The notes beneath the pieces were generated by a model. The model saw only the letters and a program-made list of their open reading frames with translations, was not told the origin of the DNA and made no database searches. A stretch of DNA of 64,000 nt from Octopus sinensis (taxonomy: Eukaryota). This document shows, one piece after another, positions 27,961-41,454 of this stretch (position 1 is its first letter; every line of letters starts with the position of its first letter). The stretch is from assembly GCF_006345805.1 (NCBI RefSeq), contig NC_043008.1, forward strand, positions 43,090,001-43,154,000, given 5' to 3'. The translations under genes were made by a program, and so were the position numbers.

Positions 27961-29336
27961 GTAGATAGATAGATAGATAGATAGATATTAATGTTTGTTT
28001 TAGGTCGTGCTATGATGAAAACAATTTTAATTAAACTCAAGAATAACTCATTTTTGTATAGTATGTATTTATAATTTAAACAAGACGGTAAACAGTAACT
28101 TCGAAGTTTCGGGCTATTTGCCTTATATATGTGTGTGTGTGCATGTGCCTGTGTGTGTGTGTGTGTGTGTGTAAGAAGGCTGTTGACTGTGTAGACAGGT
28201 TGGTGTAAACAACCAACCAAGTCAGTTTGCAGTACTCCCTAACCAGACTGTTGGATGTATGCATTTCGGAGTGGTTATCTATTCATCAGCACCAGTGATG
28301 CTTGCACTAATCGGTGGTTCGAGTGTGTGTGTGTTTGTATGTGTGTGTGTGTAGCGTAACTGAAAAAAAGGTGGCGGCATGCTGCAACTGCTGCCGCGCT
28401 AATTGCAACACTTCTCTACAACCGAGAATTGCAATTTATTGACGCTAAGGGTTAATATCTTGAACAAGAAAGAACAAACGTTATTTACATGCGAGAAAAT
28501 CGAAATCACAATTTATTTGAACATAATTTTTTCCGATGCATTCCTCGCTCTCCATCTCTCTCTCATTCTCTTCCCGTAGTTCAAACCCATAATCAGAAAT
28601 TGCACACACATGCACCCTTATGTGACTCTGCGCAACTGACTCTCAATGAACTTGTCACTGATATTGGAAATAATTAAGAGTTTAAGGCAAGGAATATTCG
28701 GGGCTGAACGGTGACAAGATACAGCTTGAAGCGACATTGCAAATTTAATTAATCTATTTTCAACTAATTACACCTCCTTTGATTAATGCGACCGTAATTT
28801 ATCTTGATTCTCATCCGATAACATTTCAGTTATCTCTGCCTCTTAATTACCTCCCTTGTTTTGTTTTTTAATTTCATTTACAACTATTTCATCTGTTAAT
28901 ACGTAGATTATTTCCACGTTAGATTGCAACGGTAACACTTTAGTTATCCGCTTTTGTCATTTTTCCCCGAGAATAATCTCGATTTTAATTTAATTCCAGT
29001 TTATACGTTATACCACTTTAATAACATCAAATAATCGTAATTTTCACCTACAGAATTTCCTCGTTAGAACTATTTTTATGTCAAGTATTCCAGTATCTCA
29101 CTTTTATTTTACGTGGAGTTATATCGTAAGTCATGTGCAACTAACATGTGATCTGTTTCACCCAATGAGATAACCGTGTTTCGGCGCCATCTGCTTTTTA
29201 ACTTGAATGTTGCTTCCGCCAAATGTTGCCATCATGTGAAATGTACGGGAATTGGCCACCTTGGGTAGCGATTTAAATGTTGTCTGCCAAATAAACTCTC
29301 TCACACACACACACACACACATACATATATACGCAT

Positions 29337-29409
<73 letters not shown>

Positions 29410-29599
29410 TGTTACATGTATATATATATGTATATGTATATATATGTATATATATATATTTTATATATATATATGTTATATATTATATTAATTATATTTA
29501 TATTATTTGTTATTTATGTGTTGGTTTATGTCTATCACTGTTTGAGTTGCTTAATACTGGCTTTATCGCTAATTCATATTTTATATATGTGTATATATA

Positions 29600-29653
<54 letters not shown>

Positions 29654-29750
29654 ATATGTATATATGTATATATATACATATATAAATACATACATACATA
29701 TACATATATATATATACATATATATACATACATATACATCCACACGCACA

Positions 29751-29973
29751 TTATATAGCTGAATGAATGTATGTATGTATGTATGTATGTATGTATGTAT
29801 GTATGTATTAGATCAATATTTGTAATCATGTAGATTATACAAACGTTCTTTGCACATAATGCGAGTTTGCTTCTCTGATGAGGACTAATAAAAGCGAAAC
29901 GTATCCTTTTAATTGTTAATCACTCCCTGTTCTACAAAATGTAATTCCATTATCTATATAAGCAGTGTATTTA
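29751..29973 (+). repeat. Copy 2 of the ~200-bp direct repeat
   Basis: See 27438-27640. Confidence 0.9.
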
Positions 29974-30061
29974 TAGTCTATTGAAGTAGTTCGCCATCAT
30001 ATGTATGCAATACTTCGGAAGACTCTCTCTCTGTGTCTCTCTGTGTCTCTGTCTGTCTGTC

Positions 30062-30099
<38 letters not shown>

Positions 30100-30143
30100 C
30101 ATATATATATATATATAATATATATACATATATATATATATAC

Positions 30144-30207
<64 letters not shown>

Positions 30208-30886
30208 TATATGTGTTCGTGTGTTCTCGGTTTTGGTTATATATCTTATATGTCTGTTTATGACAATAATTTCAAAGGCACTTATCAGGAATGTTACCAT
30301 TTTCAGTTCCTTCGCATTAGTTATCTCTATTTCCAGATCTTTATATTATAAGGTTTGTTCTATAAGTTTTAGACATACATTAGAGTTTTAAGTAACGCAG
30401 CCACCTGGGCTGCTTTCAGAAATGATTCCTTTGACGATAATCTTCATCCTCTTATTATAATAAATTATTATAATGAGATCTTATTATTAATACTATTATG
30501 ATAAAATATTATAATGCCATCACCGAGGAACTAACTACAACACAGGTAAATTAAATGACATGGAATACAGGTAAGAGAACTACAACAAGAGATGGGGAGG
30601 CAGAGAAGGGAGAGAGAGAGAGGGAGAGGAAGTTTGAGTGAGAGTGAGGGAGAGAGAGGAGGAGGAGGGAGGATGTAGTTCACTTTTGACTCCATATAGA
30701 TATGTATTCATATACACACATACACGCAGATATATTCCTCTCTATTTGTAGAATTATATGTGTGTGTGTGTGTGTCTGTGTGTTTATGTTGTCGCTATGA
30801 TAATCACTATCATCAGCATCTTCATCATCACCACATACTACTACTACTACTACTACTATTACTACTACTACTACTACTACTACTAC

Positions 30887-30931
<45 letters not shown>

Positions 30932-30942
30932 TAATAGTAATA

Positions 30943-30985
<43 letters not shown>

Positions 30986-31324
30986 TAATAGTAATAATAG
31001 TAATAATAATAATAATAATAATAATAGACATCGCATGTGACAACATCATCACTTCCTCTCCTCCGACTCCTATTGTAATATAAGAGACATTTTGTGGTTA
31101 GAAGGTGGCTGGAAGGATTGGTATATTAGTTATATTATGATGATGATGATGATGATGATGAGACGGAGGAGGACGGTGTCAAAACTGGGGAAGAAATGAA
31201 TGATGTGGAGGTACAAATGTAAGATTAGGAATAGAGAAGAAGATGTGGTGGGAGAGGAGGAGGAGTGGAAGAAAAGAAGGAGGAGAAGGAGAAAAAAGGA
31301 GGAGCAGTAGTAGGTGGACGACAG

Positions 31325-31411
<87 letters not shown>

Positions 31412-31425
31412 TAATAATAATGATA

Positions 31426-31515
<90 letters not shown>

Positions 31516-33023
31516 TTATTATTATAATAAGAACATTTACATTTAGTCGTCTCTCATGACTATAAGAATGTGTAAAATTGCCTTTTAAATTACCTTTTAT
31601 TGTAACAACACAATTAAATGCACGATAAAAAGTTATGGAATTAAGCACCTACTACTATATACATACAACTGAATTCAGAAATTTAAAAATATATACATAA
31701 CATTGAACTCAGAAAGTTATTTAAAAAAAAGAAAAAAAAAATCTTGTACGAAAACATCAGATAATATGTGTGAGTGAATATACATATATATACATATACA
31801 TATGCATGTGGTGAAGAAGAAAAGAGAACGAAAAAAAAAAAAAAATAAATAAACGTAAACAGGTTTGACCTTTTACTGACCATTAACGTCCTTTGTCTCC
31901 ACCATCTACCGCGGCTATTTATAGACCCAAAGAACGTGAATTCTTTAACCACCCATTCTCCAACACAATGGAGTGTTGATGGTGGCTGTGGCTACACATT
32001 GAAGATGATGATGGTGATGGTGATGTTGCTGATGATGGTGATGGTGGTGAAGATGATAGTAATAACAATAATAACTGACAGATCCCGTCTTTTTCCCTTT
32101 CTCTTCGTTTCCTTCTCCGTATTTTATTCTCATTATTTCGAACTAATACAGACACAGTAAGCCTTGAAGAAAGGAAGAGGAGGAAAGAGGAAAAAAAAAA
32201 AAAAAAATGTCCGGAGATAAAACTATCAACAAAAAAAATACAGACGAATATAGATCTGCTAGTCTTAAAAGCGGCGCTATGAGCAATGCTTACATGTAGT
32301 GAACCCTAAACTGACAGATCCTCATCTCCTAATATAAGAATGGATGCTCGTCATGCTTCAAGGTCAACAAATCAAACAATAAACCGCATTGGTCATTGCG
32401 CGGATTACAAAAGACCACGTACCCGAAAATTGAACCAAATCCTGATTGAAAAATCAGTTACTGGATCAAATCTTCCCAACACACAGGAGCTGGACGAACC
32501 CCACAACCGGAATATTCCAACAGATGGCCATCCATGCTCATCACCAAATAATCAAAAGAAAAGAAGGAAAAATGGTCTAGGGAAGATAATAAAGAAGTTC
32601 TAGAGGCCTTCTACCATGCCATATATTTCCCCACAGATAAGTCTAGCACTGTACAAGCATACTTAAACTGGACAGAAACACCCTGAAGTAAGACCCTACA
32701 TAGACAGTAACAAGCTTGCCAATGTTAGAAGAAACATTATAAAAAGAAATTACTGACTGAAGTAGAGATTGATCAGGTTAGACAAGCAATATCGGATAAA
32801 ATGAACGAAGCTGCAGCTAGAGAAGATAATACAGAGGAAATGATTATAGACCAGCCCAGGGCGGATAAAAACGAAGAGAGGATTGAAAGAGTTAGTATAA
32901 GTGATAGGCAAAGTGAAATACGCCTGAACCATCATAAACACTAAGACAGATGAGCATCAAATAGATAAAGAAAGTCACACAAATATTGACCCAACAGAAC
33001 TACATGAGCTAAAAAACCAAATC

Positions 33024-33785
33024 ATGATTGAATGGCTGAAAATTAAAGAAACCAGCATGGATGAGCGTGATACACTTCCTAAAATCCGCAACTCTAACCA
33101 AAACATGAAAATAATTGGTAAAATCCGGCTTGCACTTAAGGATATAATTTCAGTTAATGATGTTGATATCACAAACCTCAACCACCTATACTATGCATCC
33201 GCGAACATCTCAACGATCCTATGTGGTGTAAAGATTAGAAAACGGCAACAGTCCCACAAAAAGCCTTCTTGGCAAGAGCGTCTGCAACAACAAATTAAAG
33301 TATTTAGATCTGACATTGAATATTTGAAAAACCTTAAGGCTCACAAGACTACCAAACCTACAAAAACCCAAAAATTACTGAAAAAATACAATATGAAAAC
33401 TATACTTGATATTGATGCCACCATAGAAACCATCAAACAAAAGGTATCTGCCAAAGCTGCCCGCATAGCGAGGTATGAAAAGCGTGTTAGATTTTTCAAG
33501 GACAACAACATGTTCAAAAATAACACCAAGAATTTTTACAGGAAGATAGGAAAAACAGCGTTTACTGCAGGGTCTGTACCATCAAAAGAAGAAGTGCAGA
33601 GATTTTGGAATAAAATCTGGGCAGAAGAAAAAACACACAACGAAAAGGCCCCCTGGATTGACAGAATATCTACAGAACTGGACCCCTTAGAAGAGCAAAA
33701 GTGGGAGGGTGTCAAGGTAGAAGATATAAGATCTGCTCTCAGGAGGTCAAGCAAATGGAAGTCTCCAGGAAAGGAAAATTCCTAA
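33024..33785 (+). pseudogene. R4-like LINE ORF fragment, region N-terminal to RT
   Basis: 253-aa ORF with W-x-x-R-L, ARIARYEKR, NNMFKNNTKNFYR, VQRFWNKIW and WKSPG, typical of R4-clade proteins. Ends in a frameshift. Confidence 0.85.
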
Positions 33786-34713
33786 CTTCTGGCTGAATGC
33801 CTTCCCAGAGAGCCATGAACTGCTAACAGAACTGTACAATGATGTTTTGCAACACCCTAGTAGGATGCCTCCTTGGCTAGTTAATGGGTTAACATTCCTG
33901 CTTCCAAAAAGTGAAGAAACAAATGAACCAAAAAACTATAGACCCATACCTGCTTAACAACTATGTACAAAACACTAACATCTGTCCTGACGGAATATAC
34001 CTATAGTTTTTTTAACAGACAGCAGCATATTCCCTAATGAACAGAAAGGATGTAAACGTGGATCCTACGGCTGTAAAGACCAACTACTCATCAATAAGAT
34101 GATCTTAGAAGATTGTCACAAACGACACAAAAACTTATCAATAGCCTGGATAGACTATAAAAAGGCTTTTGATAGCCTACCACATAGCTGGATTAGGAAA
34201 TGCCTTGAAATGTATAAGATAGCACCAACTCTGCGAAACTTCTTGACTGTAAGTATGAGATCATGGAGAACCACACTAACTCTGAACAGTGACAGTGAAT
34301 CCCTAAATGCTGGTGATGTAAAAATTTCGTGTGGCATTTTCCAGGTGACTCACTGTCACCACTCCTCTTTTTTTATCCTTAATACCTCTCTCAAAGCTGC
34401 TCAATGACGCGCAGTACGGGTATAAAATGTTTGATAAAAATATAAATCATCTCGTTTACATGGATGATTTAAAGCTTTTTGCAAAAAATGATCAACAACT
34501 CAAGGGCTTACTAGCGATAGTCAAACAATTCAGTGACGACATCAGAATGCAATTCGGCCTCGATAAATGTGCAAAGGCTACCTTTATCAAAGGAAAAATG
34601 ACAGAAACATCTAACGTTAACCTTGACCAACAGAATGTCATAAAAGACTAGACCCAGCGGAGAGCTACAAGTACCTAGGGGTAATTGAAGGGAACGGAAT
34701 AAGGCATTCAGAG

Positions 34714-35829
34714 ATGAAGGAAAGGATCAGGAAAGAATGCTATCGAAGAGTGAGAGCAATACTCAAGACAGAGCTGAATGCAAGAAACAGGATCGAAGCA
34801 ATCAATGCATTAGCTATACCAGTCGTGACTTACAGTTTCAATATTGTTAACTGGTCAATTACTGAAATATGTCAGCTCGACAGAAAAATAAGGAAACTGT
34901 TGACAATGCATAGAATGCACCACCCTAAGGCAGATACAGAACGACTCTATCTGCCAAGAAAAGAGGGAGGCCGTGGTATTTTGCAACTGGCAATAACAAT
35001 GAAGATTGCTACAATTGGCCTAGACACCTACCTGAAAAACTCTGAGGACTGGATGTTAAAACTTGTCTCAAAACATGAAAACAAGAAAGCATCATACTCA
35101 GTCACAAAACAGGCAAAGGAATATCTAAGTGAATTCCGAATACAACCAATTTCGGAATTAGAGATAGACATACAAGAAACAAGCACAGAAAAAGCTAGGC
35201 GCATGAAAACCCGTGCCAAAACTGCGGCCTTAGATATTCTGAATAATAAATGGCAAGAAAAACCTCTCTATGGCAAATACCCAAAGAGAGCGAATAATGC
35301 AGATATCGACAAAGCCGTGACCCATCAATGGCTAATGGCCTCTGGCTTAAAATCTGAAACAGAGGGGTTTATCATAGCAGCTCAAGATCAATGCCTACCA
35401 ACAAGAAACTACCAGGCCAACATATTAAAGATCAGAAGCAGTCCAACGTGTTGTGTATGCAAGCAACAAAATGAAACCATTGACCATGTGGTCTCCAAGT
35501 GCAGTCTTCTAGCGCCTACAGAGTATCTCAACAGGCACGATAGAGCTGCACAATATATTCACTGGGTAATCTGTAAAAACCTGGATTTGCCCCATGAAAA
35601 AAACTGGTGGGAACACAAACCACCCCCAGTGCTTGAAAATGACCACATCTCACTCCTCTGGAACTTCACCATTCAAACTGACAGGAAGATAGATGCAAAT
35701 AGGCCAGACATCATATTGAAAGACTTCAAACAAAGAACATGCCTCCTCATTGATATGACTGTCCCAATCGATATAAACGTATCTGTCAGGACCTACCAAA
35801 AACTGAGCAAATATAAGATCTTGAAATAG
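34714..35829 (+). pseudogene. R4-like LINE ORF fragment: thumb, CCHC knuckle, RLE domain
   Basis: 371-aa ORF with RLYLPRKEGGRG, ETEGFIIAAQDQ, C-x2-C...H...C, RHD and RPDI...IDMTVP. Continues in another frame to 36012. Confidence 0.9.
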
Positions 35830-36257
35830 AAATCAGCAAAATGTGGAAGCTGAAGACTAAAAATACCTGTTGTCATAGGTGCCCTGGGAATGATAGCAAA
35901 AGGGGCTGATAGCTACCTAACTCAGATACCAGGAAACCCAAAAATGGCAGAAGTTCAAAAGATAGTGCTCATGGGAACTGCTCATATCCTACGCAAAATA
36001 CTCTCTATGTAACCTCAAGGTTTAAAACAACCATAATTTGCGGTTTAAAAAAAAAAAAAAAAAAAAAAACTTTTTTTTTTTTTTAGACATTCATTAGTAC
36101 AACATCCCCACCCCCCAAATATATGGCACACTAGGCATAACAACAACATGAACTTCCAGCCCTGGTGTCTCTTGAGGTCTCTGGGTGAGACTTGGAGCCA
36201 ACTTGTACAAATATAAAGCAAAAGTCAAACATAGAATAATAATAATAATAATAATAA

Positions 36258-36300
<43 letters not shown>

Positions 36301-37402
36301 TAATAATAATAATAATAATAATAACGAAGAAGAAAGTAGAGTGGGACAAGAGGAAGATAAAAGTAGATAGATAGGTGGATAGATATGGATAGAGGGATGG
36401 ATAGATAGATAGGTGGATAGATAAATAAAAAGATAGGTTAATAAATAGATAGATAGATAGACTAATAGATAGACAGATAGATAGAGGAGTAGATAAATAT
36501 ATGTACTGTAGATAAACAGATATATAGAAAGAGAAACAGGTATATATATATATAAATTTATATGTGTGTGTGTGTGTTTGTGTGTGTTCGTGTGAATGTG
36601 TGGGTGTGTGTGTATAAATAGAAAGAGAGAGAGACTGATAGTTAGACAGACAGATGATAGATTGATGGAGAGAGTGAGAAACAAAGAGAGACAGAGAGGG
36701 AGATAAAGTGATAGAGCGGGAGAGAAAGAGAGGGAGAGATAGATAGATATGAGTTGGACGAGAGGGATGAGAACGGAAAGTAAATAGAAGAGAAATGGAA
36801 AGAAAGAAAGAGGGAGGGAAAAGAGAAGAGGAGGAGGTTGAAACGAGCGAAGAGATGAGAGTTGTCACAGCTTGATTTATAATGACAGAACGACAGATAA
36901 CGACAACAACGATTACAAGAATAAGATTAACAAGCAACAATAGCAAGAGGAATATGAACGAGTGAAACAATAGCGAGATGAAAGTTAAAACAAAGAAAAA
37001 AAGATTGAGCTGTATGTGTGTGCGTGTGTGTGTGTGTGCGTGTGTGTGTGTGCGTGTGTGTGTGTGCATCTCTCACCTCTGTTTAGAAGTCTGTCAGCCA
37101 TTTTAGAAAGCTATATTTAGAGTTTTGGCGGTCACAATGTCACGTTAACCACTTACCTAGAACCGTCCAAAGCATCTCAATTTTTATTAAACTTTGACTC
37201 CATGACTATTTCTATCCACCGATGGAGTTCGCTTCTTCACATCTATTTCTCTCTTCATATCTTTTCACATCTATTTCTCTCTTCCCATCTCTTTATCAAT
37301 CTCTCTCTCCTCCCTCCTCCTACTTTATCTTTCTCTTTCTGCAATTTTCATCCGTGAGTCTATCTACCTGCCTATCTACCTGTCTATTAACCTGTCTGTC
37401 TA

Positions 37403-37449
<47 letters not shown>

Positions 37450-37450
37450 A

Positions 37451-37585
<135 letters not shown>

Positions 37586-37800
37586 GTATGTCTGTCTGTC
37601 TGTCTGCCTATGCCTGTCTGTCTCGATCGATCGGTCTGTCTGTCTTTTTAAAATTTTTCTGTAAAATATAAATGTAAAAATCTCACACACACGCACACAC
37701 GCACAAACATATGTACACATAAGGCATGTGTGTGTTCGTTTATGTTTGGTAATACGTACGTTTACCAGTATACGCACACACATATATATGTACAAGTACA

Positions 37801-37883
<83 letters not shown>

Positions 37884-38259
37884 GTATATGTATATATACA
37901 TATATATAAGTACATATATGTATATTTGTATATAGTTTATATATGCATACATACACACACACACATATCTATTTACATACACCCAGCTATATTTACATCA
38001 TTTTCGTTGTCACTTTTATCCTTGTCTCCCCCCTTATCGTCACCCCCATTCCCATGCTAATCAACCTCCAAACTTCATATTTGATGTCATATAGCAATCG
38101 GCTCTCTTCCTCTTCTCCCTCCCCTCTTCGTTTCCTCCTCATACATTTTATTACTTTTCAATCACAGTTTCCCCTCCTCCTTTCTTCTAAATATATTCTG
38201 CTGTGATACTATTTCATTCATATTACTCCTAAACACTCTCGTCTCTATCTGCAACGGAT

Positions 38260-38298
38260 TTATATATATATATATATATATGTATGTATATATGTATG

Positions 38299-38330
<32 letters not shown>

Positions 38331-38368
38331 TGTATGTATGTATGTATGTATGTATGTATGTATGTATG

Positions 38369-38402
<34 letters not shown>

Positions 38403-38412
38403 TATATGTATG

Positions 38413-38444
<32 letters not shown>

Positions 38445-38548
38445 TGTATGTATGTATGTATATATGTATGTATGTATGTATGTATGTGTGTGTGTGTATG
38501 TATGTATGTATGTATGTATGTATGTATGTATGTATGTATATATGTATG

Positions 38549-38580
<32 letters not shown>

Positions 38581-38700
38581 TGTATGTGTGTATGTATGTA
38601 TGTACGTACGTATATATGTATGTATGTATGTATGTATGTGTGCGTGTGTATGTATGTATGTATGTATGTGTGTATGTATGTATGTATGTATGTACGTACG

Positions 38701-38734
<34 letters not shown>

Positions 38735-38852
38735 TGTATGTATGTATGTATCTATGTATGTATGTATGTATGTATGTATGTATGTATGTATGTATGTGTG
38801 TGTGTATGTATGTATGTACGTACGTATGTATGTATGTATGTATATATGTATG

Positions 38853-38884
<32 letters not shown>

Positions 38885-38934
38885 TGTATGTATGTATGTA
38901 TGTACGTATGTATATGTATGTATGTATGTATGTA

Positions 38935-38965
<31 letters not shown>

Positions 38966-39010
38966 ATGTATGTATGTATGTATGTATGTGTGTATGTATA
39001 TATATATATC
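38260..39010. repeat. ~750-bp compound (TATG)n microsatellite
   Basis: TATG units with TA, TG and TACG interruptions. Source of the long MYVC/IHTY pseudo-ORFs. Confidence 0.95.
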
Positions 39011-39287
39011 TGCACACCTACATACGTACGTACATACGTGCATATGCACATATGTAGAGTGTTTGCCTATGGATGTGTGTGTGAGGAGAGAGAGAGAGAG
39101 AAAGAAAAAAGAGGGTTAATAGAAAGTAGTACCATGGGGTTATTCAGGTGTTACATAACAAGAGTGGTCACTACCACAAATCTGCATGTTTGTCTGTCTG
39201 TCTGTCTCTCTATATATATACATATATATATATATATATTCCATAAATTCACCATATATATATATATATATATGGTGAATTTATAGA

Positions 39288-39430
39288 ATAGGCGCGTGGC
39301 TTAGTGCTTATGGTATTCAGCTCACGATGATAAGGTCACAGGTTCGATTCCCAGCGACGCGTGGTGTCGCCAGGAAGATACTTTATTTCACGTTCACAAG
39401 CTGGCTGTTCAGTTTGAGCGGTTATGTTGC
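39288..39430 (+). mobile_element. SINE family B (head type 1) with large internal deletion
   Basis: ggcgcgtggcttagtgc ... ggttcgattccc tRNA-like head, aagatactttatttcacgtt, then a jump to gctggctgttc of the body. Confidence 0.7.
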
Positions 39431-39582
39431 GACTGAATGCTCTTTCACTAAAGAGCTCAAAACATCGAAATCACGTGGTCTGGTTGTTCCAGCGTCCGGT
39501 TTTCACCTGTCAACGATATAAATATGAGTGCTTTTATGCACCTCGAGTCCATGTAAGAGATTCTCTCAGGGTATATAGCGCA

Positions 39583-39710
39583 ATATATCGACCCCGAAAG
39601 GATGAAAGGCAAAGTCGACTACGGCGGAATTTGAACTCAGAACGTAACGGCAGACGAAATACGGCTACGCATCTCGCCCGGTATGCTAACGTTTCTGCCG
39701 GCTCGCCGCC
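39583..39710 (-). mobile_element. SINE family A head and body, tail missing
   Basis: atcgaccccgaaaggatgaaaggcaaagtcgac ... ctcgccgcc. Confidence 0.85.
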
Positions 39711-39943
39711 AACATTATTGAATAAACATCCCCATGTTGTTCGTACAAACCATTTTTATCTCAGCCAACACACAACATGTATCATCTGTGTGTATTTTCA
39801 AACTGTTGGATCAATGTCTTTCTCCGAACTCTTCGATTATTTTCCGTCTGACATATGTTCAATTACATTTGCCGCAGCTCTCCATTCTTTATATCAGGAA
39901 TATTCTACAAGACAGCTGTATTATGTCCATGGATATTTATGCA

Positions 39944-40090
39944 AGCATGGCTGTGTGGTTAAAAAGCTCGCTCTGCAACCGAGTGGTTTTGGTTTCAATT
40001 TCACTACGCTGCCCTCCTTAGAAAAAGCCCAGGACTGACCAAATACCTTCTGTGTAAAGTTGTTAGATGGAAGCACTGTGGAAGTCCGTT
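39944..40090 (+). mobile_element. SINE family C 5' half
   Basis: gcatggctgtgtggttaaaaagctcgct ... gaccaaatacc ... gttagatggaagcactg followed by (TG)n(TA)n, as in the middle of 45305-45720. Confidence 0.6.
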
Positions 40091-40143
40091 ATGTGTGTGT
40101 GTGTATATATATATATTCATGGCAGCGAAATAGAATGATGAAA

Positions 40144-40198
<55 letters not shown>

Positions 40199-40199
40199 T

Positions 40200-40835
40200 A
40201 AGGCGGCGATCTGGCAGAATCGTTAGAACGCTGGGCAAAATGCTTAGCTGAATTTCGTCCATCTTTGCGTTCTGAGTTCAAATTCCACCAAAGTCGACTT
40301 TGCCTTTCACCCTTTCGTTGTCGATAAAATAAGTACCAGTTGAATACGGGGGTAGATGTAATCGACTAGGGCCATCCCTCCAAATTTCAGGCCCTGTACC
40401 TTTAATAGAAGGGATTAGTACTATCATGAGTGGTGTGGTAGCAAAATCGTGAGTCGGACAAAACGCGTAGCAGCCTTTCGTCCGGTCGCTTTGAGATATC
40501 TAACCAAGATTACTTATACCTTTAACCCTTTCGGAATCGATAAAATAAGGACCAGTTGAACAATGAGGTTAATGTCATCGACTTGCCCCTTCCCAGAAAT
40601 TGCTGGTCTTGTGCTAATATTCGAAACCATTATTATTGTGGGACAATCATTAGCATGTCGTCGGAAAAAGTGCTCAGCGGCATTCCTTCTGGGTCTTTAC
40701 GTTCTGAGATCAAATCCGACCAAAGTCGCCTTTGCCTTTCACCCTTTCCAGGTCAATAATATAATAAAGTACTCTGATCGATGCAATCAATTATCCCCGC
40801 ATCTCCAAAATTTTCTGGCTTTGGACTTTTACCGG
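40200..40835 (+). mobile_element. Three head-to-tail SINE family A copies of different ages
   Basis: Copies at about 40200-40415, 40425-40630 and 40645-40835. Each has a B-box-like segment, ttgcctttcaccctttc and a cccc...aaatt...ggcc/ggtc/ggct tail. Confidence 0.75.
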
Positions 40836-41221
40836 AAATCGTTATTTACTTGTGTGGGAGTTTTTGACTTCCTCGATAACCTTCTCTGTCGGTTCCATTG
40901 TGAATGTTTACTGGTTTTGAAATACATTTTTCTTGATATTCTCATTGTTAATTTAAGGTTTCGTTGTAGTTGTTTTTACATTTTATGTTCATTTTTACAG
41001 TCTTTTTTCTAATATTTTCCCCTTCCTTCCGTTTGCCTGTTCCTATATTACAAATAATCCTTATTTTAATAATTAATCCCTATTTTTTTCTCTCTCTTTT
41101 TCTCTCAATAACAAAACTGGATTTATCTTCAGATTAATGACTTGGAGCTGTTATGTTTTGTAATCGGTTAAATCTTTTAAATTAACTTCCATTTTGCAAG
41201 TTGTAAAACATCACTAGCAAG

Positions 41222-41253
<32 letters not shown>

Positions 41254-41454
41254 GAAGAAGAAGAAGAAGAAGAAGAAGAAGAGAAGAAGAAGAGAAGAAG
41301 AAGAAGAAGAAGAAGAAGAAGAAGAAGAAGAAGAAGAAGAGAAGAAGAAGAAGAAGAAGGCCAACTAAAAGGAGAGAAAGAAGAATAACAACAATAGTAA
41401 CAAGAATAAAAACGAGATCAACAACAAAACCAAAACAAATAATAATAAAAATGA

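Larger units (their letters stand above)
32255..36234 (+). mobile_element. R4/Dong-like non-LTR retrotransposon (RT plus restriction-like endonuclease), near full length, frameshifted
   Basis: N-terminal KWSREDNKEVLEAFY and RPYIDSNKLANVRR. RT motifs WKSPG, NYRPI, QKGCKRGSYGCKDQL, WIDYKKAFDSLPHSW, GIFQGDSLSP, HLVYMDDLKL, FGLDKC, YKYLG. CCHC knuckle CCVC...HVVSKC. RLE NRPDII...LIDMTVP and IPVVIGALG. Stop at about 36010, then 3' UTR and (TAA)n at 36235-36324. Confidence 0.92.

Noticed and set aside
28252-28295. Minus-strand CTGATGA-N15-GAAATGCATA as a hammerhead
   Set aside because: Only a weak 4-bp stem I and no stem II, compatible with chance.
30838-31520. Regularly alternating trinucleotide blocks as a CRISPR-like or coding repeat array
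   Set aside because: Simple (CTA)/(ATA)/(GAT) slippage products with no unique spacers, in a eukaryotic context.
38162-39286. Long ORFs of 250-330 aa (MYVC/IHTY repeats) and the many similar YI, CV, LSIY, poly-I and poly-N ORFs across the window
   Set aside because: They are translations of (TATG)n, (TA)n, (TG)n, (TATC)n and (TAA)n microsatellites that lack stops in some frames.
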